Shown: positions 1-9,214 of the stretch, in pieces
Layout of the letters: each line of letters opens with the position of its first letter
Position numbering within the stretch: the first letter of the stretch is position 1
Assembly (NCBI GenBank): GCA_016186145.1
Contig: JACPMF010000010.1
Location: forward strand, 8,053-72,052
Direction of reading: 5' to 3'
Length of the DNA stretch: 64,000 nucleotides
Source: Candidatus Sungiibacteriota bacterium
Lineage (GTDB): Bacteria > Patescibacteriota > Minisyncoccia > Sungbacterales > SURF-37
Program-made: the position numbers and the translations under genes
The notes under the pieces: generated by a model
What the model was told of the DNA's origin: nothing
What the model saw: the letters and a program-made list of their open reading frames with translations, nothing else
The model's database searches: none

Positions 1-286
1 CGCAGCGGGCATGGCAAAGCTTTTGAAAATCGGCGATAAATACTTTGTGAGATTTGAAAATGATTTTAAAGTTACCAACGGTCCGGATCTTTTTGTCTAT
101 TTCGGGAAAAACGGGCGCTATACGGCAAACGCGAGAATCGGCGAATTGAAAGGTAACATTGGATCCCAAAATTACGAAGTGCCGGAAAACATCGATCCGT
201 CTGAATATAATGAAGTTTGGGTTTGGTGTCGGGCGTTCTCCGTACCGTTTGGCAGCGCCCAACTGGAAATCGCGGACGCAGAATAA
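1..286 (+). CDS. DM13-domain protein, C-terminal part. The ORF is open to the window edge, so it is 5'-truncated.
   Basis: The translation ...GPDLFVYFGKNG...GELKGNIGSQNYEVPENIDPSEYNEVWVWCRAFSVPFGSAQLE matches the DM13 pattern (GPDL.VYL, Y.IP, V.IWC..F.V.FG.A.L). The codons before the first ATG are in frame and open. Confidence 0.45.
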   Translation, partial: AAGMAKLLKIGDKYFVRFENDFKVTNGPDLFVYFGKNGRYTANARIGELKGNIGSQNYEVPENIDPSEYNEVWVWCRAFSVPFGSAQLEIADAE

Positions 287-291
287 CAAAC

Positions 292-504
292 ATGCGATAC
301 CAAGTTTCCGTAAAACTGCGTAAGGATTTTATTGAAGTAAACGGCAACACGATCACCATTGGTGTCACCGCTCCGCCGGAACACGGGAGGGCAAATGAGG
401 AGGTTATAAGAAAAATCGCCGAGTATTTTCGCATCCCGCGCTCTTCTGTCAGAATCCTTGCGGGCAGAGGGGTAAAAAAGAAAATCATTGAAGTGATAGC
501 GTAA
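292..504 (+). CDS. DUF167/YggU (UPF0235) family small protein
   Basis: MRYQVSVKLRKDFIEVNGNTITIGVTAPPEHGRANEEVIRKIAEYFRIPRSSVRILAGRGVKKKIIEV fits the YggU pattern (V.V.PKA..D.I......L.V.V.APP..GKAN.....FLA..L.V.KS.V.I..G..SR.K.I.I). It is in the same frame as ORF 217..504, and the internal Met is the likely start. Confidence 0.6.
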   Translation: MRYQVSVKLRKDFIEVNGNTITIGVTAPPEHGRANEEVIRKIAEYFRIPRSSVRILAGRGVKKKIIEVIA

Positions 505-530
505 AAACCCGGCGCGAGCCGGGTTTTTTG
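505..530 (+). terminator. Rho-independent terminator: hairpin cccggcgcgagccggg followed by a T6 run
   Basis: Perfect GC-rich stem with a T-run immediately 3' of the DUF167 stop codon. Confidence 0.7.
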
Positions 531-555
531 TACACATAACGGCTGGAATTCTTGT

Positions 556-1134
556 TTAAAACTTGACGGCAACCGGGGCCCGCGCGGCTTCTTCCTCCAA
601 ATCGAAAAGCTGCATCTTTCCAAATCCGAACATTCGACCAATAATATTTGAAGGAAAAGACTCAATGGCGATATTCAGATCGCGGACGTTGGCGTTATAA
701 AATCTGCGGGCCGCCTGAATTTTATTTTCAGTATCGGCAAGCTCCCTCTGCAAATCAAGAAAGTTGGCGTTTGCTTTCAAATCCGGATAATTTTCAGAAA
801 CGGCAAAAAGTGTTTTGAGGGTGCTTGAAAGCGCATTCTCGGCCCGGGCGTGTTCTTCAAGCGTTTGAGCGCCCATCGCCTGCGTTCTTGCCTTTGTGAC
901 ATTTTCCAAAACACCCCGTTCATGCGCCGCATACCCTTTTACGGTCTCGACAACATTCGGAATAAGGTCATATCGCCGTTTCAACTGCACTTCAATATCC
1001 GACCACGCCTCTTTTGCCTGATTCACCAACCGGACGAAACGATTGTAAGCAAAAACAACCCATATTATTACTAGCGCTGGTACTCCAAGTATAATCCAAG
1101 TAATATAACTCATCATTATAAATTCAAAATACAA
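556..1134 (-). CDS. lemA: LemA family membrane protein
   Basis: N-terminal TM helix, then NRFVRLVNQAKEAWSDIEVQLKRRYDLIPNVVETVKGYAAHE, the LemA signature (Q..RR.DLIPNLV..VKGYA.HE). The real start may be the internal MMSY. Confidence 0.8.
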   Translation of the reverse strand: MYFEFIMMSYITWIILGVPALVIIWVVFAYNRFVRLVNQAKEAWSDIEVQLKRRYDLIPNVVETVKGYAAHERGVLENVTKARTQAMGAQTLEEHARAENALSSTLKTLFAVSENYPDLKANANFLDLQRELADTENKIQAARRFYNANVRDLNIAIESFPSNIIGRMFGFGKMQLFDLEEEAARAPVAVKF

Positions 1135-1168
1135 AGGTCAAAATGCAAAATGACAAATTTTCGCCAGT

Positions 1169-1244
1169 GGCGGATCCCCGCCTGCTCGCCTCGCTGAAGC
1201 TCCGGCGAAGCGGGCCGGCCGGCACGGCGCCTTGGGCGGAAAAA
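1169..1244. repeat. 76-bp GC-rich dispersed repeat, copy 1 (identical to 20236..20311)
   Basis: ggcggatccccgcctgctcgcctcgctgaagctccggcgaagcgggccggccggcacggcgccttgggcggaaaaa occurs twice in the window. It is far more GC-rich than its surroundings. It begins with the hairpin ggcgg-atcc-ccgcc. Confidence 0.6.
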
Positions 1245-1246
1245 TT

Positions 1247-1264
1247 CAAAAAGAATTCTTTTTG
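1247..1264. terminator. Palindromic hairpin caaaaagaattctttttg, a possible bidirectional terminator downstream of the cupredoxin gene
   Basis: Perfect palindrome with A/T runs on both sides, between convergent or consecutive minus-strand genes. Confidence 0.35.
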
Positions 1265-1313
1265 CATTTTTCTTTTTTCATTTTGATATTTGATTTTTTA
1301 TTTTTAAATTCAC

Positions 1314-1730
1314 TTAATTAATAATGATTTTCCCTTTCATGCCCGGCAAAGAATGGTCGTGCATAGGACAGGTTGCCGGCGCTTCAAAAACATACGTATA
1401 CATCTCCCCTTTTGCAATACCCCTCCGTGAATCGAATCCGGGACAAAGCAAATGAGTCGGGTGCACGCCTGAAGCGGGCCAATGAGGATCGACGTCTTCA
1501 TTGACAAACACGACCTCATCGCCGGCATTAATGGTCAGCTCCCCCGGAACAAATTGGTTATCCTTCATCATAATGCGATGGCTTGCCCGAGAGGCCGAAG
1601 TACCGAGCTCGTCTTGCGCTCCACTTTCCCAAACATCATTTGCCATTGGTGTACGAAAGACAAAAACCGCCACAACCACAACGATTGCTCCAAGAATGAC
1701 TACAATGATCCAACCGAATTTAGTATTCAT
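1314..1730 (-). CDS. Cupredoxin-like (type-1 copper) domain protein with N-terminal TM anchor
   Basis: N-terminal hydrophobic helix. Candidate Cu ligands in DPHWPASGVHP ... CPMHDHSLPGM, with C-x2-H-x6-M spacing typical of plastocyanin/azurin-like proteins. Confidence 0.5.
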   Translation of the reverse strand: MNTKFGWIIVVILGAIVVVVAVFVFRTPMANDVWESGAQDELGTSASRASHRIMMKDNQFVPGELTINAGDEVVFVNEDVDPHWPASGVHPTHLLCPGFDSRRGIAKGEMYTYVFEAPATCPMHDHSLPGMKGKIIIN

Positions 1731-1829
1731 ATTTACTTCGCTCTATCAACGAATAACAAATCTTTTACGAATTTACAAATAAGCAACTGAATTCGTATAT
1801 TCGCACTAAATTCGCAATTCGCTGATAAA

Positions 1830-2654
1830 TCATTTAATCTCATATACCAGCATCACATTCACCTTGACTTCCTGCGAGCCGGGCTCTATTGGCGGCGTTC
1901 CTCCGCCTAAATCTCCCCCCTTAGCTTCAAGCGCAAAACTTCTAAACGGAATTGGGAAACCCTCTCTTTCAGAAACAGAAATAAGTTTTCCCAAGCGGAA
2001 ACTGCCGGCAGAAGCAGTGGCCTTGGCCTTATCTTTTGCCTTGAGAATCGCCTCTTCCCGCGCTTTTTGCTGAAGCAGGTCCGGATCATCAATTGTAAAA
2101 GTTGGACCGGAAACCGTGTTCGCGCCTCGCTCCACAACTCCGGCAACAATGTCTCCGGCTTTATTTAAATCTCTCGCTTTTACCAAAATATTTTGACTGA
2201 TACTGTAACCCACAATCTCTTGCGGAGGACATGGCTTTATCGGCGCTGTCTCATTCAGAATCCTAACCGGCGGGCACGAGAAATACTGATAGCGAGGCGT
2301 AATACTATAATACTGCGTTTTAATGTCTTTGTCAGCAACTCCGCTTTCTTTAACAAAGCTTACTATACGGTTCGCCTTGTTGCTGTTTTCTTTTTGCAGA
2401 TCAGAAAGATTTTTACCGCCTTCGGTCAGTATCCCGAAAGAAAGCTCAGCAACATCCGGCACAGCAACCACTTTCCCTTCCCCTTCGACGGAAAAACTCC
2501 GGGTTGGCACAAGGGACCGAGAATAAGACGAAACATACCAAAATCCGGAAAAGGCCAAAACGAAAACCGCTATGGTTGAAGCTGAAAGAAACACCGAGAG
2601 TGCCGCGGAAACTCTGAAAAAACTGAATCTTTGCATAAAGTTATCCATATACAC
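1830..2654 (-). CDS. SIMPL-domain (DUF541) protein, '26 kDa periplasmic immunogenic protein'-like
   Basis: Signal/TM N-terminus, overall SIMPL-like layout. Family assignment is from memory of the pattern. Confidence 0.6.
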   Translation of the reverse strand: MYMDNFMQRFSFFRVSAALSVFLSASTIAVFVLAFSGFWYVSSYSRSLVPTRSFSVEGEGKVVAVPDVAELSFGILTEGGKNLSDLQKENSNKANRIVSFVKESGVADKDIKTQYYSITPRYQYFSCPPVRILNETAPIKPCPPQEIVGYSISQNILVKARDLNKAGDIVAGVVERGANTVSGPTFTIDDPDLLQQKAREEAILKAKDKAKATASAGSFRLGKLISVSEREGFPIPFRSFALEAKGGDLGGGTPPIEPGSQEVKVNVMLVYEIK

Positions 2655-2665
2655 TTTATATCACA

Positions 2666-3643
2666 CTACGGCATAGTAAACAACCTTTTTGCCTCATCCC
2701 ACATTTCCGGTTTTTCATGCTCCTTTTTAAGCCAATACCACCATTCAACCCCCCAAAAATAGACTTCATGAAAACCGGTTGCGCGCGCGTATTCAACATT
2801 CCTTTTTAATTTTTCCGGATTCATAAGCGAGAGCTGCTCATTAAGATTTTTTTCTGACGGAAACTCCGCCATCCACGGTTCGGCTTGCAACTCAACGATA
2901 ATAATTGGTTTTTTACCGTATATCATTTCCACAAGCCGGGCTTTCATTCTAAAATAACCGGGCCTCAACGGATAGGTAAAATTTCCGAGAAACTCATTCC
3001 AGACGGTCCGATAGAGCGTCGTACCAAAGATGTCCGAACGCGAATACGCCGGAGCCCAAATCGAAAGTTCGCCGGAATCAGTTACCACAATCGGCCGATC
3101 ATCCAAAGCGCGAAACCGGCTTATTTCGACGTCAATAAAACGAGCATCATAGTCTTTGCACTCTCCGAAAGGCAAGAAAGGTTCATTTTCAATCTGCCAA
3201 TACCGGAGAACCTGACGCTCGCGATAACGGTTTAATATCTCTCCCAAAAAACTGAGCAGATAAGCATGGCGCTCCTGGCGCGACTTTTCTGAAACCCAGG
3301 AAGGAATATGGCATTCGGGCCAGCGCGGAAGCTTCTCGCCCACGGCAAGAATCACGTCAACCCCGCGCCGTTCGGCTTCCTGAAGCATAAAATCGAGATC
3401 AGAGAAATCGAACTCGCTCTCCTTTGGCTCATACTCGTCCCAATAAACGGGAATCCTGAGGTGCTTTACACCCAAATCGTCAAGAATGGCAATATAAGTC
3501 TCTTTCCAATCAAGGTTCAGCGTATCGCGAGCATACGGCGCCGAAAACGTAACTCCATAGAGAACAGAATCCGGGACCGGAACCGGACGGCTCAAAAACC
3601 AAATGGCAATCAATATGAGGCCGATGAGAGATAGATATTTCAT
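2666..3643 (-). CDS. Secreted TIM-barrel glycoside hydrolase (GH5/GH42-like)
   Basis: Signal peptide MKYLSLIGLILIAIWFLS. Has RYWQIENEP, an N-E-P catalytic acid/base-like motif typical of clan GH-A. Many W/Y residues. Confidence 0.5.
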   Translation of the reverse strand: MKYLSLIGLILIAIWFLSRPVPVPDSVLYGVTFSAPYARDTLNLDWKETYIAILDDLGVKHLRIPVYWDEYEPKESEFDFSDLDFMLQEAERRGVDVILAVGEKLPRWPECHIPSWVSEKSRQERHAYLLSFLGEILNRYRERQVLRYWQIENEPFLPFGECKDYDARFIDVEISRFRALDDRPIVVTDSGELSIWAPAYSRSDIFGTTLYRTVWNEFLGNFTYPLRPGYFRMKARLVEMIYGKKPIIIVELQAEPWMAEFPSEKNLNEQLSLMNPEKLKRNVEYARATGFHEVYFWGVEWWYWLKKEHEKPEMWDEAKRLFTMP

Positions 3644-3708
3644 GCGAATTTTGTCGAAATTTTGGAGCGAATTTGTTTTGTGAATAAAATTTCGCTACAA
3701 AATTCAGC

Positions 3709-3852
3709 ACCCTGTTAAATAATTTCGCCTTTGGCGAAATTAACTTTAAATTTTCTGCATATATCATTTTTTATTATATGCGTATCTTGAAATCACTGAA
3801 GTACAAAAAATTTTATACTGGTTATGCAGAAAATTTAAAGTTATTTAACAGG
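3709..3852. repeat. Long imperfect inverted repeat in the region upstream of the GH gene
   Basis: ccctgttaaataa...actttaaattttctgcata (3709-3761) pairs with tatgcagaaaatttaaagttatttaacaggg (3823-3852). The 5' arm carries an internal palindrome tttcgcctttggcgaaa. A third aaattttctgc copy lies at about 3866. Confidence 0.5.
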
Positions 3853-3911
3853 GTAAAAGTTTGGCAGCTAAATTTTCTGCGCCTACGGCTTGAAAATTTA
3901 GGCCAAGCCCT

Positions 3912-4838
3912 TTATTGAAATGCCAATAGCGCAAGCGCCACGGCTATAAGTAAAATTGCGAATGCTTTTTCAAATATAATAAGCGGCGTAACTTCCTCCT
4001 CCAAAAATTTGGGGCGGAGCCGTGAAATCAAAAGCGCAAAAATGAAGATAAGAACATACTCAATACCCTGCAAGGCGTTAACCAAGGAAACGCTCGGCGC
4101 GATTGAAATCGCAAAACTTACAAGAAAAAAGCCAAGAGCGCCTAAAATCTTGTTAATAAAAAACGCGCCGATGGTCGTACGATCCGCCATGCGCGGAGCC
4201 TCAAAAATTGATTCGCGGCTGGCGCTAAAAAACAAGAACGGGAGCACACCGACAAAACCGCCGATACGAGTCCAGATAAAACCGTTTATAAAATCGGTCT
4301 CGTTAAAAACGGCTTTTTCATATACGTAGGTAACCCCAAAAAGAAACGAAGCGAGCACGAGCCAGCCGACGTTTTTGAGATCGCTGATGTTAAACCTTCC
4401 ATCTTTTTTGTGAGTTAATGAAATCAAAATGCTCCCGGCGACAAGAATGAGAAATGCGACGAACTCCCACCGTGATAGCGTTTCGCCCAAAATTCCACGA
4501 GAAAGGAAAAAAACGAAAATCGGTGAAAGGCCGCCAATCACCGGCGCGACACGGGACGCCTCACCGCGCTGAATCGCGATGTAGAAGAAAAAAAGCGCGA
4601 ACGTGAACGCAACGCCGGAAATAAAGGCATCGGTTATAACATTTGTCTCGGGAACAAAAAAACTTATCGGCGCCAAGAAAAAAGCTCCCAGCCCTAATAC
4701 TCCAACCCAAAAAACATACGTTGATGGCCTCTGAATTCTTTGCGCAAGAAGAAATTTATCGAGGATAACCGCAAACGCATGGAACGAATACGCGATTATA
4801 GTCACCGGCAGCCAACCGATAAGGTAAAGAAAGGTCAT
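3912..4838 (-). CDS. EamA/DMT-superfamily transporter (10-TM)
   Basis: About 10 hydrophobic helices in two 5-TM halves, typical of EamA-like permeases. Confidence 0.5.
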   Translation of the reverse strand: MTFLYLIGWLPVTIIAYSFHAFAVILDKFLLAQRIQRPSTYVFWVGVLGLGAFFLAPISFFVPETNVITDAFISGVAFTFALFFFYIAIQRGEASRVAPVIGGLSPIFVFFLSRGILGETLSRWEFVAFLILVAGSILISLTHKKDGRFNISDLKNVGWLVLASFLFGVTYVYEKAVFNETDFINGFIWTRIGGFVGVLPFLFFSASRESIFEAPRMADRTTIGAFFINKILGALGFFLVSFAISIAPSVSLVNALQGIEYVLIFIFALLISRLRPKFLEEEVTPLIIFEKAFAILLIAVALALLAFQ

Positions 4839-4930
4839 TAATATATTTTAGCGTATTTTGTCTATAAAATGGATTGCAAATAAACAGTTGTTATGTTATG
4901 ATTACAGGGCAAAAAACACAGGGAGGGCTT

Positions 4931-5125
4931 ATGAAATTCTTGACTGGCGCTATTTGGTTCGGCTCTTTATTAATCGCTTTTGGCGTAGGATACACCGTGG
5001 CGTCAGGCGATCCCAGCCTTTTGGGAACCGTAGTGGCAGTCGTCGGAATGACGATTACCGTATTTTTTGGGACAGTGAAAATATTAGTATGGGACCAACA
5101 GAATCCAAAAAGTAGCGAGCCTTAA
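4931..5125 (+). CDS. Small membrane protein (2 TM)
   Basis: GGGAGGG RBS 5 nt upstream of ATG at 4931. MKFLTGAIWFGSLLIAFGVGY... is hydrophobic. Confidence 0.4.
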   Translation: MKFLTGAIWFGSLLIAFGVGYTVASGDPSLLGTVVAVVGMTITVFFGTVKILVWDQQNPKSSEP

Positions 5126-5135
5126 TGCTCGCTCT

Positions 5136-6293
5136 TTGTTTTCCATCAACAATGACGTCACAGCAAGCCTGTTAAGATTTAGCTATAACACATATGCTAA
5201 ACTAGAAATGAAGTTTAGTATCATAAAAACCTGGTTCGAGAAGTATGAGCGCCTTTTTGCGCCGGTTGTATTTATTGCCGGTTTTCTTTGGGACTCGCTC
5301 ATGCTCACACGAATCGACCTGTGGTACGACCACGCGGCATTAATAAGTTATTTGCTTATTGCCGGAACCGGCATCTTGCTGATAAACGCATACCAATCAG
5401 GACGCGCGCGATTTCGTTTTCTCGAAGAATACGCCGCCCTCCTGACGCTTCCCATTCAATTTGCTTTCGGCGCGCTTTTCAGCGGTTTTTTCATTTTTTA
5501 TTCGCGCTCGGCCTCGCTTGCATCAAGCTGGCCGTTTCTCGCATTTCTTACATTCTTTCTCGTCGGCAATGAATTTTTCCGCAGACGTTACACCATATTC
5601 ATTTTTCAACTAAGTATATTTTTCATTGCTCTTTTCTCATACACGACCTTTGCCTTGCCGATCTTTTTCGGCAAAATGGGCAGCTCGATTTTCTTCACGA
5701 GCGGCCTCATAAGCGTCGCCGCAATCCTAATTTTCATCTTGTTTCTCTCCCGCATCACCCGCGACGGCATTTCCAAACACCGAAAACCGCTTTTTTACAG
5801 CATCGGGAGTATTTATGCCGCGTTTAACATCTTTTACTTTTCCAATATCATTCCACCGATTCCCCTGTCTCTAAAAGAAATCGGAGTTTACCATTCGGTA
5901 GTGAAAACCGGCGACGGTTACATCCTCCTCGCAGAACCGGCGCCAAAGTATATTCTCTTCCAAAATTACTCCGGCATATTCCACAGAACAGAAGGAGAAG
6001 CAACTTATGTCTACAGCGCTATTTTTGCGCCAACCAAACTTTCTGCAAAAATTTTCCACCGTTGGCAGTACTTTGATGACAAAAGCCGCGAATGGACTGA
6101 AACCGATTACATCCAATATGCAATCGTTGGGGGCAGAGACGGCGGATACCGCGGATTCACGCTGAAACAAAACATTGTGCCCGGCCTGTGGCGCGTTGAT
6201 GTTGTTACTGACCGCGGACAACTTCTCGGCCGCATAAAATTCCGCGTGATCCCCGCAGAAACACCGCCGGATTTGAAAGCGATAGAAAGATAA
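5136..6293 (+). CDS. Integral membrane protein with a C-terminal soluble domain. Start may be the internal Met near 5208.
   Basis: About 6 TM helices, then a soluble ~100-aa C-terminal domain (WQYFDDKSREWTETDYIQYAIVGG...RIKFRVIP). Confidence 0.45.
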   Translation: MFSINNDVTASLLRFSYNTYAKLEMKFSIIKTWFEKYERLFAPVVFIAGFLWDSLMLTRIDLWYDHAALISYLLIAGTGILLINAYQSGRARFRFLEEYAALLTLPIQFAFGALFSGFFIFYSRSASLASSWPFLAFLTFFLVGNEFFRRRYTIFIFQLSIFFIALFSYTTFALPIFFGKMGSSIFFTSGLISVAAILIFILFLSRITRDGISKHRKPLFYSIGSIYAAFNIFYFSNIIPPIPLSLKEIGVYHSVVKTGDGYILLAEPAPKYILFQNYSGIFHRTEGEATYVYSAIFAPTKLSAKIFHRWQYFDDKSREWTETDYIQYAIVGGRDGGYRGFTLKQNIVPGLWRVDVVTDRGQLLGRIKFRVIPAETPPDLKAIER

Positions 6294-6331
6294 TGTTAGA
6301 GTTCCGGCAAAAGGGTGCTAATTTATAAACC

Positions 6332-7447
6332 ATGGAGCAAGAAAAAATAGCCAAAGCAGAAAAAATTCCTGCCGCGGAAAAAACTGAAGGCATTTCACGC
6401 CGCGAGTTCCTCAAAACTGCCGGCTTTTTGAGCGCGCTTATTGCCGGTAAACCAGAAGAAGCAGCGGCTCTTCTTGAAAAAGCCGTAGAACCCAAAGAAG
6501 CCGACAAAGAAAAAGTAAAGGTTGTTTTTCGATTTTTTAACGCAATACACAAAACCGGAAAAGATGTGGAAAATCTTCCCGAGGAAATTCAAAAAGCTGA
6601 TATTTATATACCGGAAGCAGTTGGATGGAATAACGAGACCGTCGCTGACTATAAAGCGCTTGCGCGTGGAGAAATAGCGCCGAAAGAATTACTGGAAAAA
6701 TATGGAGCATACCCGGAAGATACAACCGATAACTGGCGAAGCAAAGAATTTGAAGCGTTATCCAATTCGCAAAAAATAGTTCTTTTTGCAGATCTTCCCG
6801 TGGGCCACCCGCTTTATGAAAAATACCGTGAGGGAAGAATAACCCCAACTCGCGAAATTAAAACTTTTGCTGACGTACTCGCGCAAGTAAAAAATTCTCT
6901 CAAAAATTTCGCGGAAGCGATTGCGATTCGAGAGAAACATATTGTATCCGAAATCATAACGATAAAGGAAAATATTGAGAACGGGCAATACCCGGAGTTA
7001 AAGGGAAAAAGAGCGGTTAATGTGCTTATTTTTCTCGGGGCAATACATACGCCGGTATATCACAAAATTAAAGAAATTGACGAAAACGCGTCACGAAGAT
7101 TTTCCACTATGCCATTCAATTATTCAAACTATGGCGCGGAAATAGTACGTAGATATATGTTCGGCAAAGAAGTCAGCGACGAACTTGCCGCCAAGGCATT
7201 TCTATCGGGATACATCGATTCCCTGCCGCGCTGGGCAAAGCTCAACGATACCCACAAAGCCCACCAGTACACACGCGCCGTTGTTGAACAATTCAGCCAT
7301 AAAGACATAGAAGCTTTTTTTAATGATTTACAAAATACCGATTTTTTTACCGAACGCGTGGTGCTAAAACACCTCCGGACGAAAAACATAAAAATCCCGA
7401 GTTCGGATGCCGAGCTTGACGAATTACTAAAAAAGAAAAAACACTGA
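6332..7447 (+). CDS. Hypothetical exported protein with a twin-arginine-like signal
   Basis: SRREFLKTAGFLSALIAG matches the Tat consensus (S/T-R-R-x-F-L-K). The rest is unrecognised. Confidence 0.45.
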   Translation: MEQEKIAKAEKIPAAEKTEGISRREFLKTAGFLSALIAGKPEEAAALLEKAVEPKEADKEKVKVVFRFFNAIHKTGKDVENLPEEIQKADIYIPEAVGWNNETVADYKALARGEIAPKELLEKYGAYPEDTTDNWRSKEFEALSNSQKIVLFADLPVGHPLYEKYREGRITPTREIKTFADVLAQVKNSLKNFAEAIAIREKHIVSEIITIKENIENGQYPELKGKRAVNVLIFLGAIHTPVYHKIKEIDENASRRFSTMPFNYSNYGAEIVRRYMFGKEVSDELAAKAFLSGYIDSLPRWAKLNDTHKAHQYTRAVVEQFSHKDIEAFFNDLQNTDFFTERVVLKHLRTKNIKIPSSDAELDELLKKKKH

Positions 7448-7576
7448 TTCCTTCATAATTACCCCGGAGCAAAATTAAATACGGATGCTGCATTCGGAGG
7501 CTTGTAAAAATCGAAAAACCGTGATACGACTAAAAGCATTCGAACCTTCACAAAAACAAGAAAGAAAGGATACGAA

Positions 7577-8767
7577 ATGAAACAGGAAAGAGAACTCAAT
7601 GCGACAACCATTCTTCAGCACGGCGGATACAGTCCTACGAAACATGGCGGTCATCTCAATCCCCCGCTGTATCTTGATATCGCTCCGGTACAACCGGATA
7701 TCGAAACAGCAGCAAAGAAATTTGCCGAGGCCGAGCTTGGCTTTACGTATATGCGTAAGGGCCACGAAAATGCTCGCATCCTTGAAAAACGCCTGGCACT
7801 GCTTGATGGCGCAGAAGACGCCCTTGTATTTGCGTCCGGAATGGCCGCGACCAATTGCCTGCTTCTTGACCTTGTAAAGCCGGGCAAAAAACTTATTACA
7901 CAACTTTCTATGTACGGGGGCACTGTTGGATTTCTTACGAAAGATTTTAGAGACGCTGGACGCGAGGTTGAATTCGTCGTTGATCCCGGAAGAACCGGCG
8001 ATTGGGAAGCGCTTGCCGATAACAACACCGCCGCCATTTGGGTTGAAATGCCATCAAATCCAAAAATCGGATTGGTTAATCTGGAGGCGATTGCGGAAAT
8101 TGCAAAATTTCGGGATATTCCATTAATTGTTGACAGTACTTTCACGCCGCTCCTGTTACGCCCGCTCAAATGGGGCGCAACAATCGTAATGCGCTCAGGA
8201 TCAAAATATGAAAATCCCGGCGGTACATCGCTTTTAGGATATGTAATGGGTCCGCGGCATTTCATAAATCCGATCCGAAACGGACGTTATGAACGCTACG
8301 GTGCTACCGCAAGCCCAATGGATTGCTGGCTTGCAGAGCTGGGGCTGCGAACGCTTTACCTACGCATGCATAGGCAATCTGAATCAGCGCTTTTTGTTGC
8401 CGGTTGGCTCAAGACCCAATCTAAAGTTAAAGAAATTTATTACCCCGGTCTAAAAACATCACCATATTTCCGACTAGCAAGAAAATATTTACCGGATGGC
8501 TGCGGCGCAGTTCTTGCTTTTGAACTGAAAGGCAGCAAGGGGGCTTGCAACCGATTTATGAAGTCGCTTAAAATCTTCAAGCACGTTATCAATCTTGGGG
8601 ATACTCGCTCTCTTGCAACATATCCTGCCGGGACTACGCATTCAAAACTTTCTCCGGACGAACTTATGAAAACCGGAATTACACCCTCGCTAATTCGCCT
8701 CTCTGTCGGACTTGAGGATCCGGTGGATCTCGTTTGGGACTTGAAGCAGGCCCTGAGTAAATGCTGA
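7577..8767 (+). CDS. PLP-dependent Cys/Met-metabolism enzyme (cystathionine gamma-synthase / beta-lyase / O-acetylhomoserine sulfhydrylase family)
   Basis: Has ALVFASGMAA and MRSGSKYENPGG (the PLP-lysine SxSK motif), at the length typical of the trans-sulfuration family. Confidence 0.75.
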   Translation: MKQERELNATTILQHGGYSPTKHGGHLNPPLYLDIAPVQPDIETAAKKFAEAELGFTYMRKGHENARILEKRLALLDGAEDALVFASGMAATNCLLLDLVKPGKKLITQLSMYGGTVGFLTKDFRDAGREVEFVVDPGRTGDWEALADNNTAAIWVEMPSNPKIGLVNLEAIAEIAKFRDIPLIVDSTFTPLLLRPLKWGATIVMRSGSKYENPGGTSLLGYVMGPRHFINPIRNGRYERYGATASPMDCWLAELGLRTLYLRMHRQSESALFVAGWLKTQSKVKEIYYPGLKTSPYFRLARKYLPDGCGAVLAFELKGSKGACNRFMKSLKIFKHVINLGDTRSLATYPAGTTHSKLSPDELMKTGITPSLIRLSVGLEDPVDLVWDLKQALSKC

Positions 8768-8778
8768 AAATAAAATAA

Positions 8779-8805
8779 AAGCCGTCGCAGTGACGGCTTT
8801 TTAAA
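8779..8805 (+). terminator. Rho-independent terminator aagccgtcgcagtgacggcttttt
   Basis: 9-bp stem plus T-run, 12 nt after the stop codon. Confidence 0.7.
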
Positions 8806-8868
8806 ATGTACAACCGCACCGGAAGCGCTTGCGGTATCACCGTACCGCTTGGCGGTACTCGCGGTTGT

Positions 8869-9050
8869 TCACCCAGCACATAAATTTACATCCGCCGTAT
8901 ATCCTAAAGCGTAAGGTATACAAGATAATTCTGAAATACAGAGATGGCCACTTATAAATTTATGTGCTGGGTTATTGTTTCGTAGCCGCAATCCACCCCA
9001 CACATAACTTATAAGTTATGTATGGGGTATTCTTGCGGACGAAACAATAA
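8869..9050. repeat. Structured intergenic repeat element, copy A
   Basis: Hairpin 1 has an 18-bp perfect stem acccagcacataaattta / taaatttatgtgctgggt around a ~64-nt loop. An outer stem ttattgtttcgtagccgca / tgcggacgaaacaataa then encloses the palindrome ccccacacataactta-taagttatgtatgggg. The same layout recurs at 11065..11240. Confidence 0.5.
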
Positions 9051-9099
9051 AGTTTTCCACAATTTGGATTGTTTGCTGCCGGAAAACCATTATACTTAA

Positions 9100-9124
9100 T
9101 TGACAAGTAACAACTATATATTAT
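9100..9124 (+). promoter_or_regulatory. Putative sigma70-type promoter (TTGACA, then an AT-rich -10 region tatatattat)
   Basis: Consensus -35 hexamer about 115 nt upstream of the riboswitch core. The -10 spacing is ambiguous (13-16 nt). Confidence 0.3.
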
Positions 9125-9214
9125 CAAGAGCGCGGTTCGCCCCGTTAGATAACTTAAGACCGAAAATATTTCCGAATACGCATGTCTAACTCATGACGAG
9201 CCACGTTGGGTAAA

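Noticed and set aside
72-665. 197-aa minus-strand ORF antisense to DM13/DUF167 genes, and similar long antisense ORFs (7651..8265, 9665..10357, 27912..28601, 28965..29564)
   Set aside because: They are antisense to well-supported conserved genes and have unprotein-like composition. Shadow ORFs.
1169-1264. Vector or adaptor contamination suggested by GGATCC and GAATTC sites in or next to the 76-bp repeat
   Set aside because: Restriction sites are short and common. The repeat is embedded in different native flanks at two loci 19 kb apart with gene-appropriate spacing.
9118-9160. Riboswitch P1 starting at ttatcaagag (9121), which resembles the B. subtilis S-box 5' end
   Set aside because: Using it requires a ~100-nt insertion before the conserved GGTGAGGGCC core. 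The ttatc at 9223 pairs properly with gataa at 9333. The upstream copy is noted as a possible alternative or anti-P1 structure instead.
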